Counted from the first letter of the whole stretch, positions 51,161 through 62,927 are shown. The stretch is DNA of 63,999 nucleotides, filler included, from Limisphaerales bacterium (GCA_044225505.1; 4 parts of 4 records of this genome joined end to end with filler, not necessarily neighbours in it); one strand, 5' to 3'. Translations and numbers: made by a program. The notes: generated by a model from the letters alone, not told the origin.

Positions 51161-52986
51161 ATGAAACTCTCCAGCTACTTTTCTCCCGACCCAGCACGAA
51201 TGGCTGCGGCCGCCATTGTCATTTTATCGGCACCTGGGCTCATGGCCCAGGACCTCAGCGAGGACTTGCTCGTCCAGACGCCGAAGTGGACCTTGCAACC
51301 GGCCCCGTTTTCCATGGCGGCTTCGGCCAGTGATTTTACCGCGGAAGAGCTCGACAATTCTCTCCATGCGGCGTCCCAAAGCCAGAGCTCGTTCTTCGAC
51401 ATCATGAACTTCAACTCGGCGTTGGCCAGCCTGGGCAAGGTGCTGGATGCGTCCCAGGTCAATCTGCGATGGGAGGGGGTTGCGCCCGATTATCTTCTCA
51501 TCAATCCGACGCTCTCCTTCGAGCCGGGGCCGCCTCGAAAGATCAAGTTGTCCGGGGAGATCTACAGCCGCGAACCGTTTTTTAAACTGACCAGCGTCAG
51601 CGCCTCCGGACCGCAAACAAAGGGACTGGACGCCGTCATGAAGGAGTTCTGGAAACAGATTGATCGACCCATGCGCGCCCTGCGACCGAAAGCCGGCGGC
51701 GGCATGATCCTGGACCAGGAAAACATTGTGTCGGACACCGTGGCGGAGGTGGCCGGGGCGATGGTCCTGGATGGCGATGGCAATATCCACCCCCTCTCTT
51801 TGAACTCCATCCGCAGCACCGTGCCGAAAGGGTCCTCCAGCCAGAACCGTCTGATCGCGCCTTACAACAGCGCTTCCCTCATGACCGCGCGATGGGGGCG
51901 CGGCGGCGTTTCCGTCGATGTGCTCAGCCTGGCGAACGATCCGCGAAATGGCAGTTCTAACACAACTTCCAACCAGCCTGGCGTTTACTCGGTCAAGCAA
52001 CAGCTCGGGATTCCCCGGACTCTGTTTGGCGAAGGCTTTAACAGTGACTTTGCCGCCCTGCAGGATGTGAGCTTTGTGGTGGCCGACGGCTACGAGAGCT
52101 ATCTGACCGCGTGTTACTTTTACCGTGGCGGAGATTCCGCTTCGGAGCGCAATGTCGTTTTCGTGAATTACAATCCGAGCGACGGCAAGATCACGGCCAA
52201 TAGTGCGGAGACGCGCCCGATTCTGCAGAGCTACGGCAGCACCGTCATTAAGGACAACAAGCTGTTGACGGATCCCGTGCGATTGGCGGACCGCCCCACC
52301 ACGCGGCTGGATCCGACGGGCAAATATTGGACCTTTTATAGCCCTGCGGCCGGGGGCCTGCTTGTTTTCAAGAATGCGTCCAGTCAACCGGGCAGTTTTT
52401 CCGCCGAACAACCGCGGAGCGAGAATGCCGGGTCTCCGGTCGCTTTCGCGCCGCTGTGCCAGTATCGACCTGAGGCTGGAGTCCGGATCGTCGAGCACGC
52501 GTTCACTCCGAACGGCCGCGCTCTGGTGTTAATTCTGGCGAAAACCTCGTCGACCGAGCAGGGCGGGGAGAGCCGCAAGGCAGTCCTGTGGGATTTTCGT
52601 GGAGACCATGGCGTTGTCGTGGGCGATCGGCAGACGGACGCCAGTCAGTTGTTCAACGGCGGCTATCCGACCACGCCGCGTTGTTTGGAACCCGTCAGCG
52701 AGAGTTCCGGGAACCGATCTTTCAAGAGCATTCGGTTCGGAGTGAGTGCTGCCAATGCCCCCGGGGGCATCTTGATCCTGGGCTGCAACAACGCGGAGTA
52801 TGAAGTCTGGAAGTTCGCGATCGCGGACGCCCCGCCGGCCAACCGCGACCAGAGCTCGATCCTCGTCCGGCGATATTTCGATGGCCGTTTCCCCGATGCC
52901 TACGCAGGCAAGGATGCCTGCCCCCTGCAAATTGAGCCCAGAGACAACCGGGTGAGAATCGGAGGGTTCAAGGCTGTCGAGACGCG
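51161..52986 (+). CDS. Large exported beta-rich protein, cut by the contig end
   Basis: ATG at 51161 after an A-rich leader; signal-like AAAAIVILSAPGLMA-QD; propeller-like motifs (DPTGKY, AFTPNGRAL, AVLWD). Confidence 0.65.
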
Positions 52987-53086
52987 NNNNNNNNNNNNNN
53001 NNNNNNNNNNNNNNNNNNNNNNNNNNNNNNTTAATTAATTAANNNNNNNNNNNNNNNNNNNNNNNNNNNNNNNNNNNNNNNNNNNN
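52987..53086. other. Artificial contig linker
   Basis: N-run + TTAATTAATTAA + N-run. Confidence 0.98.
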
Positions 53087-56000
53087 CAATTTTGGCCAGG
53101 GCGAAGTCCCCTCGAGCGTCGATCAATTTGTGGTCCTCCAGGCATTTGAACCAAAGGCTGGCAGAACGTCGCTCACCAATCGGCCGGACATCGCCAGTAT
53201 GGGAATCCTTCATAAGCGCGGTCGAAGCACCGGAGGATTGCCCAAAGCCAGTTTCTCACTGGAGACCCAAGACGAGTTTGGAGACGACCGCGACGTGGCG
53301 CTTGGGGGATTGCCCAGCGAGTCCGACTGGGTGCTATACGCGCCGAATTCATTTGACCCGGTGCTAATCCACAACCCCGTTGCTCATGCCCTCATGCGGC
53401 AAATGGGCCAGTACTCCCCGCGCACCCGGTTCGTCGAGGTTTATCTGCAAGACTCGGCCAATGGCCCTGGGACGATCAGCGCGGCCGAGTATAATGGTGT
53501 TTACGTGCTGGAAGAGAAGATCAAGATCAGCCCCAATCGCATCGCAATCGACAAGCTGCAACCGGAACATATCAAAGAGCCCCAGAGTACGGGCGGCTAC
53601 TTGATGAGCATCGATAGCGCCCCCTCTGGCACCCGGCCTTTCTTTGGCGCGGGCGCCAGCATCAATTATCTCGATCCAGACTACTCCGAGATCACGACGC
53701 CGCAGCGCGATCCGCAAGAGAAATATATCACCGGCTTTTTTGATGCATTTGGCCAAGCGCTCAACGGTCCCGACTGGACCGATCCCGCCAAAGGCTACGC
53801 GGCTTACCTGGATGTGCCCGCGGCGATCAATCATCACTTGCAAGGAGTTCTCACCTTTAACGTCGATGCTCTTCGCCTCAGCGGTTACTTTTACAAACCG
53901 CGCCAAGCCAAACTCGTAATGGGACCAGTCTGGGATTTCGACCGTACCCAAGGATCCTCCGACGGTCGCGACTTCAACCCTCGGGTCTGGCGTTCGACCG
54001 TTCCCGATTATGGCACAGACATGTTCAACTCCGACCCGATCTTCGACAATCCTTGGTACAGCAAATTATTTCGTGACCCAAATTTCTGGCAGAATTGGAT
54101 CGATCGCTATCAGGAACTCCGTCGCGACGTTCTCAGCCTCACCAACGTCTTCACCGTTATCGACACCTTTGCCGGCGAAGTCCGCCAGGCCCAACCCCGC
54201 GATGTGGCGCGCTGGCGCGGCTCAAGCGGGTCCGACACGTCGCCGCGCAGCGGCCGGCGCAGCTCGGGTCCGTTCGCTTACACGTTTCCCGGCACTTATC
54301 AGGGCGAAGTCGATTTCATGAAGATCTGGTATTCGAACCGACTGGACTTCCTCGACCATCAATTCGTGTTCCCGCCCCAACTGGATCGCGCGGGAGGTAA
54401 GTTCAGTGCCGGGACGCTCGTTTCGCTCACTGCCAACGAAGGCTCGACCATTTATTACACGTTGGACGGAACGGATCCCCGGCTGCCCAGCGGCGCGGTT
54501 TCTCCCGGCGCGCTTGCTTACGCCGGTCCCATTCGCATCGACGCCAATGCGCGGATTGTCGCGCGCGCACAAGATCTGGCGCATAGCAATCTGACCGGGG
54601 CCAACAAACCGCCCTTGTCCAGCACCTGGTCCGGACGCGCGGCCGCCACGTATGTGGTCCAAACGCCGCCTTTGGTCATCACGAAGATCATGTACGATCC
54701 TCCCGCTTCTTCTCCCACGGCCGCCGATGGCGGCCATTTCGAATACGTCGAGCTGAGGAATGTTGGCAGCACGCCCCTGAACCTCGCCGGTTTCCGGTTT
54801 ACGCACGGCATTGACTTCCAATTCCCGTCGCTCGCTCTGGCCGCGGGCGAGCGGGTCGTGGTCGTTGCTGACGCCGCCTCGTTTCGAAACCGTTACGGAA
54901 CCAACGCCTTGATCGCCGGCACCTATTCGGGACAACTCGAGAACGCCGGCGAGCGCCTCGCGCTGGAAGGCCCGCTCCAAGAACCGATCCTGGACTTTTC
55001 GTACGAGGACGACTGGGTTCCCGTCACACGAGGGCTCGGCTTTGCCTTGGTCATCGTCAATGACCAGGCACCGTTGAGTGCCTGGAGCAAGAAGAGTAGC
55101 TGGCGAGCCAGTAGCACTCCCCTTGGCTCGCCGGGGGCCGCTGATCCGCCCCCTCCGTCGTCTCCTAGGATTTTAGTCAATGAAATCACCAGCTTTACCT
55201 CCGCGCCCGGCGTTGATGCCATCGAACTGTTCAATGCCGACTCGGTCGAGGCCGATATCAGCGGCTGGTACCTGACAGACGACTTTAATACCCCATTTAA
55301 ATTCCGCGTGCCCCCTCGCACCATCCTCCCACCTGGCGCCTTCCGGGTCTTCACGGATACGGACTTCGCGTCGGGCGCGACCGGATTCCGTCTGAGCTCG
55401 GATGGCGACGAAGCCTACCTATTTGCCGCGAATGCCGCGACGAACCTCATCGGCTACGTTCACGGGCACAAGTTTGGAGCCGCAGATCTCGATGTCTCTT
55501 TCGGCCGTTACGTGACCAGCACGGGCGACGAGGATTTTGTTGCTCAAAAATCGACCACCCTCAGCGGCACCAACGCCGGTCCGCGCGTCGGGCCAATCGT
55601 CATTAACGAAATCATGTCGGCGCCCCTGGGCTTGGCCGGGTCCGTCGGCAACGCGCGCGGGGAGTTCATCGAATTGCTCAATATCACCGACCAGCCCGTC
55701 ATGCTAGGTGCCTCAACCACGACCGACGCCAGCTGGATCCTGCGAGGCGCCGTCCAGTTTTCGTTCCCACCCGCGTTCATCCTGCCCGCCAGCGGCTACG
55801 CCGTGGTCGTCGGTTTCGATCCGGTCGCCACGCCGTCCGAGTTGACCGCGTTCCGGGAGCAATACCAGATCGGGGCGGATGTCGTGATCCTGGGCCCTTG
55901 GTCCGGCCAATTGCAGAACTCCGGCGAAGCCATCCGGCTCTCCAAGTGGCACTCGGCGCAGGATCAGACCCTGGCGGGCCAAGAGGCGGAGATCCTGGTC

Positions 56001-56561
56001 GATCACGTCAAATATTCTGACGACGCTCCCTGGCCCACCGGCGCCAAAGCCACCGGACTGTCGTTGCAACGCCTCGTTAATAGCAGTTACGGCAATGATC
56101 CCATCAATTGGTGGGCCGCCGCTCCCACCCCCGGCCGCACCAATGCCGCACCCGAACCCGACAGCGATCACGACGGACTGCCCGATAGCTGGGAAACCAG
56201 CGCCGGTTTGGACCCGCAAGACGCGACGGGCGTGAATGGCGCGGATGGAGATCCAGACGGCGACGGGTTCACCAACCTCGAGGAATACGTGAGCGGCACG
56301 GACCCTCGCGCGGCGGGCAGCCATCTCACCATCGAGGCGATAACCTATTCGGGTCCCGAGCTCAAATTGCGCTTCTCCGCCGCCGCAGGCCGATCCTACT
56401 CCGTCCTCGCGCGCGCTTCCATGGGCACAGGCGCATGGACCAAGAAGCTTACGATTCCAGCCGGAGGGTCCGCGCGGGAAGTCGAGATCAGCCTGGGCGT
56501 TCCAGACACGGAGGACTTCCCGCAGCAGTTCTACCAGGTGGTCACACCGGCGCAACCGTAG
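53087..56561 (+). CDS. CotH kinase + Fn3-associated + three lamin-tail domains + Asp-rich repeat surface protein (5' truncated)
   Basis: ESDWVL, YNGVYVLEEKIK, MGPVWDFD; IYYTLDGTDP; ITKIMY/VNEI/INEIM LTD starts; DSDHDGLPD.WE; C-terminal QQFYQV. Confidence 0.88.
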
Positions 56562-56624
56562 TCCCAAAACAAGCTCCCGCACCTGCTCAGCGGAAAAACT
56601 CTTCCGTGCACACGTGTTTACGAA

Positions 56625-57572
56625 CTAGCGCGCTGCCTGATCCATGGCCCGCTTGGCCTTGCGACAGGCGTCGTACGGATCTGGAACTTCCCATTCGTCG
56701 ACCATGATCCACCCGCGAAATCCGCCGTCCCGCATGATGCGGAGGCTCTCCGCCACTTGCGCATGTCCATCACCCACGGCCACGTGTTTGGACGTCCCGC
56801 CGTCCCGAAGCGTTCCATCCGTATCCGTGAGCTGAACGTAGCCGAGATTCTTGACTCCGAGACTCTGCAGCAATTCATGCGGACGCCCTTGCGAGGCGTG
56901 AAACAGATCGAAGTGACTGGGATCGTAAATGAATTTCATGCCCGACCCCGTTTGGATGCGGCGCAAGTGCTCAGCGGTATTGAAGGCAAGCGGCGGTTCA
57001 ATCTCAAACGCCGGAACGATGGAAACTTCACCCGCCACGCGCACGGCGTCGCGAAACGATTCGCACAGCCGGTCAATAGCCGCATCGATCGTCTGACCGC
57101 GCAGGCCACCTCCCGGCCAGAGGCCGACGTGAGCACAACCCAGTTGCGCCGCAAAACGCACACGGTCATTGAACTCCTCCAGCCAACGCCGCCGCGCCGC
57201 CGTGTCCGGCGCGAAAGCGCCCTCGGCCGAGAGCTGAATGGAAAACACCGTCAGCCCATAGCGTTCATACAGTCGGCGCAACGCTCCAATTCGTTCCTTT
57301 TCCCCTGCTCCCGGGTAGCCGCCTTGCGGCCAATTCCCAACGAGTTCCACCCCGTCAAAGCCTTCTGCATTCGCGAATTCGAGGACTTCCCAGATCGGAT
57401 ACCGCTTCTGGTATTTGCGTTCACCGGACTCAAAGCCGTTGAGTCCCACCGCCAGTTTCCAGAGCGGGTTATGGCGGCTCGAATTCGAGGGCGCCAGCGC
57501 CGAGAAAACGGGCGGCGCCGCCGCCAACGCCGCCGCACCACCAACTATTTGGCAAAAATCACGTCGGTTCAT
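56625..57572 (-). CDS. Tat-exported sugar phosphate isomerase/epimerase (xylose isomerase-like TIM barrel)
   Basis: MNRRDF Tat motif; GFDGVEL, FEIEP, YDPSH, QLTDTDG, GFRGWIMVD. Confidence 0.85.
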   Translation of the reverse strand: MNRRDFCQIVGGAAALAAAPPVFSALAPSNSSRHNPLWKLAVGLNGFESGERKYQKRYPIWEVLEFANAEGFDGVELVGNWPQGGYPGAGEKERIGALRRLYERYGLTVFSIQLSAEGAFAPDTAARRRWLEEFNDRVRFAAQLGCAHVGLWPGGGLRGQTIDAAIDRLCESFRDAVRVAGEVSIVPAFEIEPPLAFNTAEHLRRIQTGSGMKFIYDPSHFDLFHASQGRPHELLQSLGVKNLGYVQLTDTDGTLRDGGTSKHVAVGDGHAQVAESLRIMRDGGFRGWIMVDEWEVPDPYDACRKAKRAMDQAAR

Positions 57573-57585
57573 ACCACCGTGGCCG

Positions 57586-58566
57586 CTAATGGTTCTGCTC
57601 CGCCAACGCGAGGACCTCGCTCAATTTTACGGGCGTACCGCCGCGCCGCTTACTCTCATCAGCGGCTTCCATGAAAGCGTAGATCGCGATCGTCTCTTCC
57701 GGCGACACCGGTGCGATCCCAGTCTCAAAAAACTTGATGATCTCTGCCACTAACGGCACGTAATCGCCGCTGCCTTTCTGCGTCGCCACACCACGATTGC
57801 CAAAGACGAGGACTTGGTGGGGAGTCGGCCCCACGCGCAAGGCGTGTAAGACGCCCAGTCGCCCGCCCGTCCAGACGCCCGTGATGACATCGGTATCTGG
57901 GGTCGTCACCCGCGAGACGGACTCACAATTCCCACCTAGAACAGTGAAAAGCGCTTCGGTTGGATGAATCCCATACCAGAACAGATCGGGATGGTGGGGT
58001 TCCAGATGCGCCGGCCCAGACGAGATGACACTGCGAATGTCTCCCACATTCGTTTGTTTAGTCTCCACCAAGCTTCGGTAGAAGCGGTAGGAAGACGAAC
58101 TAAAGATCGGCACTTTGTTTTCCTTGGCCAGTCGATAAATCTCGAGGACGTCGCGCAGGCTGCCTGCGACTGGTTTGTCCACAAACACCGGTTTGTGGGC
58201 CTCTAAGACTGGCCGAACTTGTGCCAGGTGCGGGCGGCCATCCACGCTTTCCAGAAACACGGCGTCGACCTGCGAACAGAGCTCGGGAATCGAGTCCACG
58301 ATTTTCACCCCAAATTCGTCTCGGAGCTGCCGAGTATATCCTTCAACTCGTGACGCGCTCGACTCAATATCGGCACTCCCCCCTTTGAAGGCTGCAACAA
58401 CCCTCCCGCCAGGGATGTGTTGCGCACCGTTCGTGTCGTTCAGAAGTTTCGTGAAAGCGACCACGTGGGAGGTGTCCAACCCGATCATCCCTAGACGTAG
58501 TTCAGCGGCCGTGCTGCGGAATAAGCTCAACGCCAAAACGACAATCGACAAAGCTCGGCAGTGCAT
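57586..58566 (-). CDS. Gfo/Idh/MocA-family oxidoreductase with signal peptide
   Basis: LGMIGLDTSH, SVDGRPH, FVDKPVA, WYGIH. Confidence 0.88.
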   Translation of the reverse strand: MHCRALSIVVLALSLFRSTAAELRLGMIGLDTSHVVAFTKLLNDTNGAQHIPGGRVVAAFKGGSADIESSASRVEGYTRQLRDEFGVKIVDSIPELCSQVDAVFLESVDGRPHLAQVRPVLEAHKPVFVDKPVAGSLRDVLEIYRLAKENKVPIFSSSSYRFYRSLVETKQTNVGDIRSVISSGPAHLEPHHPDLFWYGIHPTEALFTVLGGNCESVSRVTTPDTDVITGVWTGGRLGVLHALRVGPTPHQVLVFGNRGVATQKGSGDYVPLVAEIIKFFETGIAPVSPEETIAIYAFMEAADESKRRGGTPVKLSEVLALAEQNH

Positions 58567-58846
58567 AGGACTGCACGCTAGAACCTCCGTCCGTCAAAAT
58601 CAAACTCCAAGCACGGAAGAATACTCCGACAGCGCCGATTGAATCCGTCGGGCAGCGGCTGCTTAGCGAACGTAATTCTTCCATGTCTCATTCGGGCGGT
58701 AAACTCTTCGTCAAAGACTGGAGTCACCTCTTCCGGGCAGGACTTGGGCAATCGCCTGATCCAAGACCCCGCACCGTGTCTGCGGTCGTGTGGACCGATG
58801 CGCCCACGGCCTGGCAGTTCCTCGGCGACAGACTAAAAAGCACCGC

Positions 58847-60355
58847 CTAGTCCGCTGACTTCAACCCCGTCTCCGCCGGCCCGGACAACACCTCACCCGT
58901 GGCTTTAAACCGAGACCCGTGGCATGGGCAATCCCAAGTCTGATCGGCGCCGTTCCAACGGACGATACAGCCGAGGTGCGTGCACGCTGCCGAGAGCAAT
59001 TTGAGTTTGCCAGCTTCATCCCGATACGCCGCAACTTTTTTCCCATCCACCTTGGCGATGGCGCCTTCTCCAAATCGAATGTTATCCGTCGATGAAACGT
59101 CCGCCTTTGCGAACCGATCTCGAAGCAGATAGTACGGATAATCGAGATTCTCCTTCACGTAGCGCCAGGTCCCACCCCAGAACTTTCGGCGGTTTACCTC
59201 GAACAATTCCATCCAAGGGTTGGAACGTCCCAAGAAACGATCTCGGGCCATCATCGCCGCGAGCGTTCCCAGCGTGAATCCGTTTCCACAAAAGCCCGTG
59301 GCGATAAATTGCTTCTCTGAACTTTCGCCGATAAAGGGCAAGCCATCGTTCGTTTCCACCACCTGTCCGAGCCAGCGATTCTGCACCGTCGCGTTCGGCA
59401 AGACCTTTTTGAGGCGAGCCTCGAGCGTTTGAAAGACTTCCGCCGCATCTTTTTCCTGTCCGGTTTTACAGTCCTCGCCACCGAAGATGGCATAATCATG
59501 GTCCGCATGACGGTCTACTCGTAGATAGTAGTACGGCTCGCTCGTATCCCAAAAGAGCGCTTCCGGCAGCGATTGATGCGGTAGACGCGCCCCCAGAACA
59601 TAGCTGGTATAAAGCGAGAGCCTCGTCTGAAACAAGGTCGCGCTCACTAAACTCGTCTTGCCCATGATCGGGCAGTGGGTCGCAATGACGATGTAACGAC
59701 AGTTTATCTTGTGTTTCTCCGTGTGGACCACCAAGGGGTCACTCTCCACTTTCGTGACTTCGGAATTCTCAAACACGAAAGATCCCCCACCCTCAATCTT
59801 CGCCAGCAATCCAGCCAGGTACTTGCGCGGATGAAACTTCGCTTGGTGGGCAAAACGGACTCCCGGCCGATGCGCATAGGGAACGTCCTCGATAAAGTCC
59901 GCTTGAAACCCAAGTTCCTTGGCAAGCGCAGCGTCTTTTTCCAGCGACTCTCGGTCTTTCTCACTCGATGCTTCCAGCGCGCCGTGCAAATACCCAGGGA
60001 CCCATTCGAACTCGCATTCGATCTCGCAACGCCGCACCAGCTCGCACATCTGATCGATGGCGGCGGCGCCAGCTTCCCAGAACGCTTGCGCTCCGTCGCG
60101 TCCGAACGTCTGGACGAGCTGGTGGAGCCTCGTATCGGTGACGTAGGTGAGGTGGGCCGTGGTGTGGCCCGTGTCAGCAGAAGCCCAACGCTGGCGATCA
60201 AGCAACGCGACGCTAGCCCCGGCCTCTTTCAATAGGTAAGCCGCCGTAATCCCTGTTAGTCCGGCTCCCACCACGACCACGTCAACGGTTAAATCCCGAT
60301 CAAGACTCGGGAATTTTTGTAAACTGACTTTTTCCCAATACGGTTTTGTATCCAA
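58847..60355 (-). CDS. FAD-dependent oxidoreductase with C-terminal Rieske [2Fe-2S] domain (YhfW-like)
   Basis: VVGAGLTG, TGHTTAHLT, CTHLGC...WDCPCHGSRF; TTG start at 60355 behind a GGAGGAGG RBS. Confidence 0.9.
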   Translation of the reverse strand: MDTKPYWEKVSLQKFPSLDRDLTVDVVVVGAGLTGITAAYLLKEAGASVALLDRQRWASADTGHTTAHLTYVTDTRLHQLVQTFGRDGAQAFWEAGAAAIDQMCELVRRCEIECEFEWVPGYLHGALEASSEKDRESLEKDAALAKELGFQADFIEDVPYAHRPGVRFAHQAKFHPRKYLAGLLAKIEGGGSFVFENSEVTKVESDPLVVHTEKHKINCRYIVIATHCPIMGKTSLVSATLFQTRLSLYTSYVLGARLPHQSLPEALFWDTSEPYYYLRVDRHADHDYAIFGGEDCKTGQEKDAAEVFQTLEARLKKVLPNATVQNRWLGQVVETNDGLPFIGESSEKQFIATGFCGNGFTLGTLAAMMARDRFLGRSNPWMELFEVNRRKFWGGTWRYVKENLDYPYYLLRDRFAKADVSSTDNIRFGEGAIAKVDGKKVAAYRDEAGKLKLLSAACTHLGCIVRWNGADQTWDCPCHGSRFKATGEVLSGPAETGLKSAD

Positions 60356-60716
60356 GCGCCCTCCTCCTACGAGAAGTAATAGCGCACGGGAGGCGCATGC
60401 GCTATCAGGGCGAAACCGGACTTTCAGGTCACCGTTGCACCGCAACTGAGTGACCACGACGGTGCACGAGATGGCTCGGTCCGACAGCAGCGCACGAGGG
60501 CGCTGTCAGCTGTCATAAGTCTGGGATCCTGGGACCATCGCGGACGCAAGCTCGGAGTCGACGCGGGGGAGGGCCAAACCCATTACCCTGCTACCGTTTA
60601 TCCCGCCTCGTGACCTTTTAAGATACATAAACCCCTAACTGCGCATAAGTCCTTACGGTGCTGTATCTTTGAACCAGCATGCGCCCAGCGTTTGAAAAGC
60701 TCGGCGGCTACGATTG

Positions 60717-62927
60717 TTACTTCGCGCCAACCTTGAGCACACTCCCCATGGCCGGATCGCGTTCGGCAACCTTATCGACGAAGGCCTGGCCAACAGCCGG
60801 GTCGAGCGCGCTCACCTTTTTGACAAACGAGACGGCTTCTTCTTTCGTCCACCAGGTGCTGAAAGCACGACGTTCCATGATCAGCTTGGTCAACGGATCC
60901 TCGTAATCGTTGCCCCGGGCGCCCAGCATCACTTCGGCGTTAATCACGGCATTCATCACGGTCTGAGAATCAACGCGCTCGATCTTCGCTTGCGGATCAA
61001 TCTTGTAGATCGATTCGACGATTTTCTCGCGGGCATCTTCGTCCTTCCCTTCCAGGCTCTGGCGAAGCACGGGCAAACTTCGACTGGCGGCAGAGCCCAT
61101 GTCGCCCAGTTGTGCGGCGGCCAGCGTCGCGTATTGAGGCAATTGGGCCGCTGCCAGCAGTTCATCCAGGGACGCTGTCCCCCGCGTCAGCTTTATTCCC
61201 AAATCCTTGGCTCTCGCATCCTCCGATACCAGTTGGCCAACTTCCGGAATGGAGCTGGCTGCGGCGGGTTGGATCGCGTTTACAGATCGGTAGGCCTCAT
61301 CGCGCAGCCATTTATTCCCGGTTTCCTTGGCCAGCTCGAGCAGTGCGGGGACATACCCAGCCGCTTTAGGACCCGCCTTTTCCAATGCCTGGACCGCCAG
61401 ACTGGCGATGGACGGTTCACGGTTCGTCAGCAGCGGAGCCAATGTCGCCCCGATCCTGGGATCTGCATCCAATCGCGTCGAGGCGAGCGCCGACGCGGCG
61501 CTCCAACGCACGGAGTCGACCGGATTTTCCAAGAGCGTTTCCAAGGCGCGAATGGCACTGGTGGACACCGCCTCGCGATCGTGGCTTAGGACATCCGCGA
61601 TGGCTTGCGGCACGTAGAGACGAAAAGCCGGGGATTGGCTGAATTTAGGGAGCTGATCGCTCAACGCGGTTATGTCGTCCGGTTTGAACCCGCCTGATTT
61701 TAGCACCGTGAAAGCCGACAGCGCCGTCGACACGTTGTCTGTCTTGTACAACTCCCACAGATACGGTCTCACCTCGGGCACATCCGCCAGCAGCCCTTGC
61801 AACGCATGAATGGCCCGGCCACGAACCAAATCCGCGGGATCGCCAACGCCCAGGTTGCCGGTGAACAACGCTTCGGGGTTGTCGATGGCCGCTTTCAGGG
61901 CGCTGAATGCTGCGCGTTTATCCGCGAAGCCCGCCACGGACTGGATGACTTCCTCGCTTGGCCACGAGATGCCGCTTTTGGGAATGGGCATGACCAAGGC
62001 CGCATGGAGACGCTGGATGGCAACCGCGGCCGGGTCCAAAGCCCGGGCGCGATCGATCGCGTGGAAAGGGTCCGCCTTCGCCGCACGGCCGCCGCTCACC
62101 GACCCGCCGTTGGTCGTTTCCGTGTTGATGATGCCTGCGCGGGCTGCGTCTGTTTCACGAGCAGACTTGAAATGTTGCCGCAGCGCCAAGAGCAACGCAG
62201 CACAGGCGATGATTCCGACAAGGATCGTTGTTTTTGTTTGAGAAAGAATAAGTGGTTTTAATCCAGAGAACTGTAGGCCGGTAAAACCCGATTGACCAAT
62301 CCGACTGGAGAACTCGAACCGCGATCCCTGCCGGAGCGACACCACCGCCTTGTTGGAAAGCACAACTCCCAAGGTCGCGGATGTGCAAGCAATCCCTCGC
62401 CTGACGAAAAACTGCCGTAACCGTTCGATCGCCCGGCCGACGCGCATCTTGGCCGCGGCTTCGCTCACGCCCAAGGCCGACCCCACATCGCGCATGGGCT
62501 GTTTCAGGAGGTAACGGATGACGACAGCCATCCGATCGGATTCGCTCAGAGATTGCAGTGCTTCATCGAGCATCGGCAGAAGCTGATCAGCTTCCTTTTC
62601 TCCGTCGTCAGGCGCATTCAATCGCATTGCCTCCAGTTCCCGGGCTCGGCGCCGTTCCTCCGTACGCCGGGCTCGGTCAGCCAAGTGACAGCTCGTTCGG
62701 TAGATCCATCCGCCCAAGGCCGGATGCCGGGAAAGCAATAATGCCCGTTGAGCGACCAACAGGAACACGGATTGGACAACCTCTTCCGCGATTCGGGCAT
62801 CACCACCCAACCTTCGCACCGCGGTCGAGAATGCCAGGTCGACATACCGTCGCACTAGCTCCTGGAACGCAGGTTCGCTGGCGGACTCGGCGTAAGCCCT
62901 TAATAGCTCGGCATCTTGCATTTCCAA
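60717..62927 (-). CDS. ECF sigma factor fused to a TM helix and an extracytoplasmic HEAT-repeat-like domain
   Basis: DAELLRAYA...AFQELVRRY, AEEVVQSVF, region 4 VGSALGVSEAAAKMRV.RA; TM ILVGIIACAALLLAL; VRWSAASAL-type repeats. Confidence 0.85.
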   Translation of the reverse strand: MEMQDAELLRAYAESASEPAFQELVRRYVDLAFSTAVRRLGGDARIAEEVVQSVFLLVAQRALLLSRHPALGGWIYRTSCHLADRARRTEERRRARELEAMRLNAPDDGEKEADQLLPMLDEALQSLSESDRMAVVIRYLLKQPMRDVGSALGVSEAAAKMRVGRAIERLRQFFVRRGIACTSATLGVVLSNKAVVSLRQGSRFEFSSRIGQSGFTGLQFSGLKPLILSQTKTTILVGIIACAALLLALRQHFKSARETDAARAGIINTETTNGGSVSGGRAAKADPFHAIDRARALDPAAVAIQRLHAALVMPIPKSGISWPSEEVIQSVAGFADKRAAFSALKAAIDNPEALFTGNLGVGDPADLVRGRAIHALQGLLADVPEVRPYLWELYKTDNVSTALSAFTVLKSGGFKPDDITALSDQLPKFSQSPAFRLYVPQAIADVLSHDREAVSTSAIRALETLLENPVDSVRWSAASALASTRLDADPRIGATLAPLLTNREPSIASLAVQALEKAGPKAAGYVPALLELAKETGNKWLRDEAYRSVNAIQPAAASSIPEVGQLVSEDARAKDLGIKLTRGTASLDELLAAAQLPQYATLAAAQLGDMGSAASRSLPVLRQSLEGKDEDAREKIVESIYKIDPQAKIERVDSQTVMNAVINAEVMLGARGNDYEDPLTKLIMERRAFSTWWTKEEAVSFVKKVSALDPAVGQAFVDKVAERDPAMGSVLKVGAK

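Noticed and set aside
51224..52498. Long antisense ORFs (also 20116-21015, 40833-41825, 56757-57674, 60714-61589)
   Set aside because: Shadows of real genes in GC-rich DNA, with no motifs
41594..52986. Assignment of the cluster to T6SS, eCIS, Tc or Rhs
   Set aside because: No sheath, tube, baseplate, VgrG/PAAR or YD-repeat motifs seen, and the proteins carry Sec-type signal peptides
53087..56561. CotH-LTD protein as a continuation of the exported cluster
   Set aside because: Separated by a contig linker, and a common surface-protein type in this lineage
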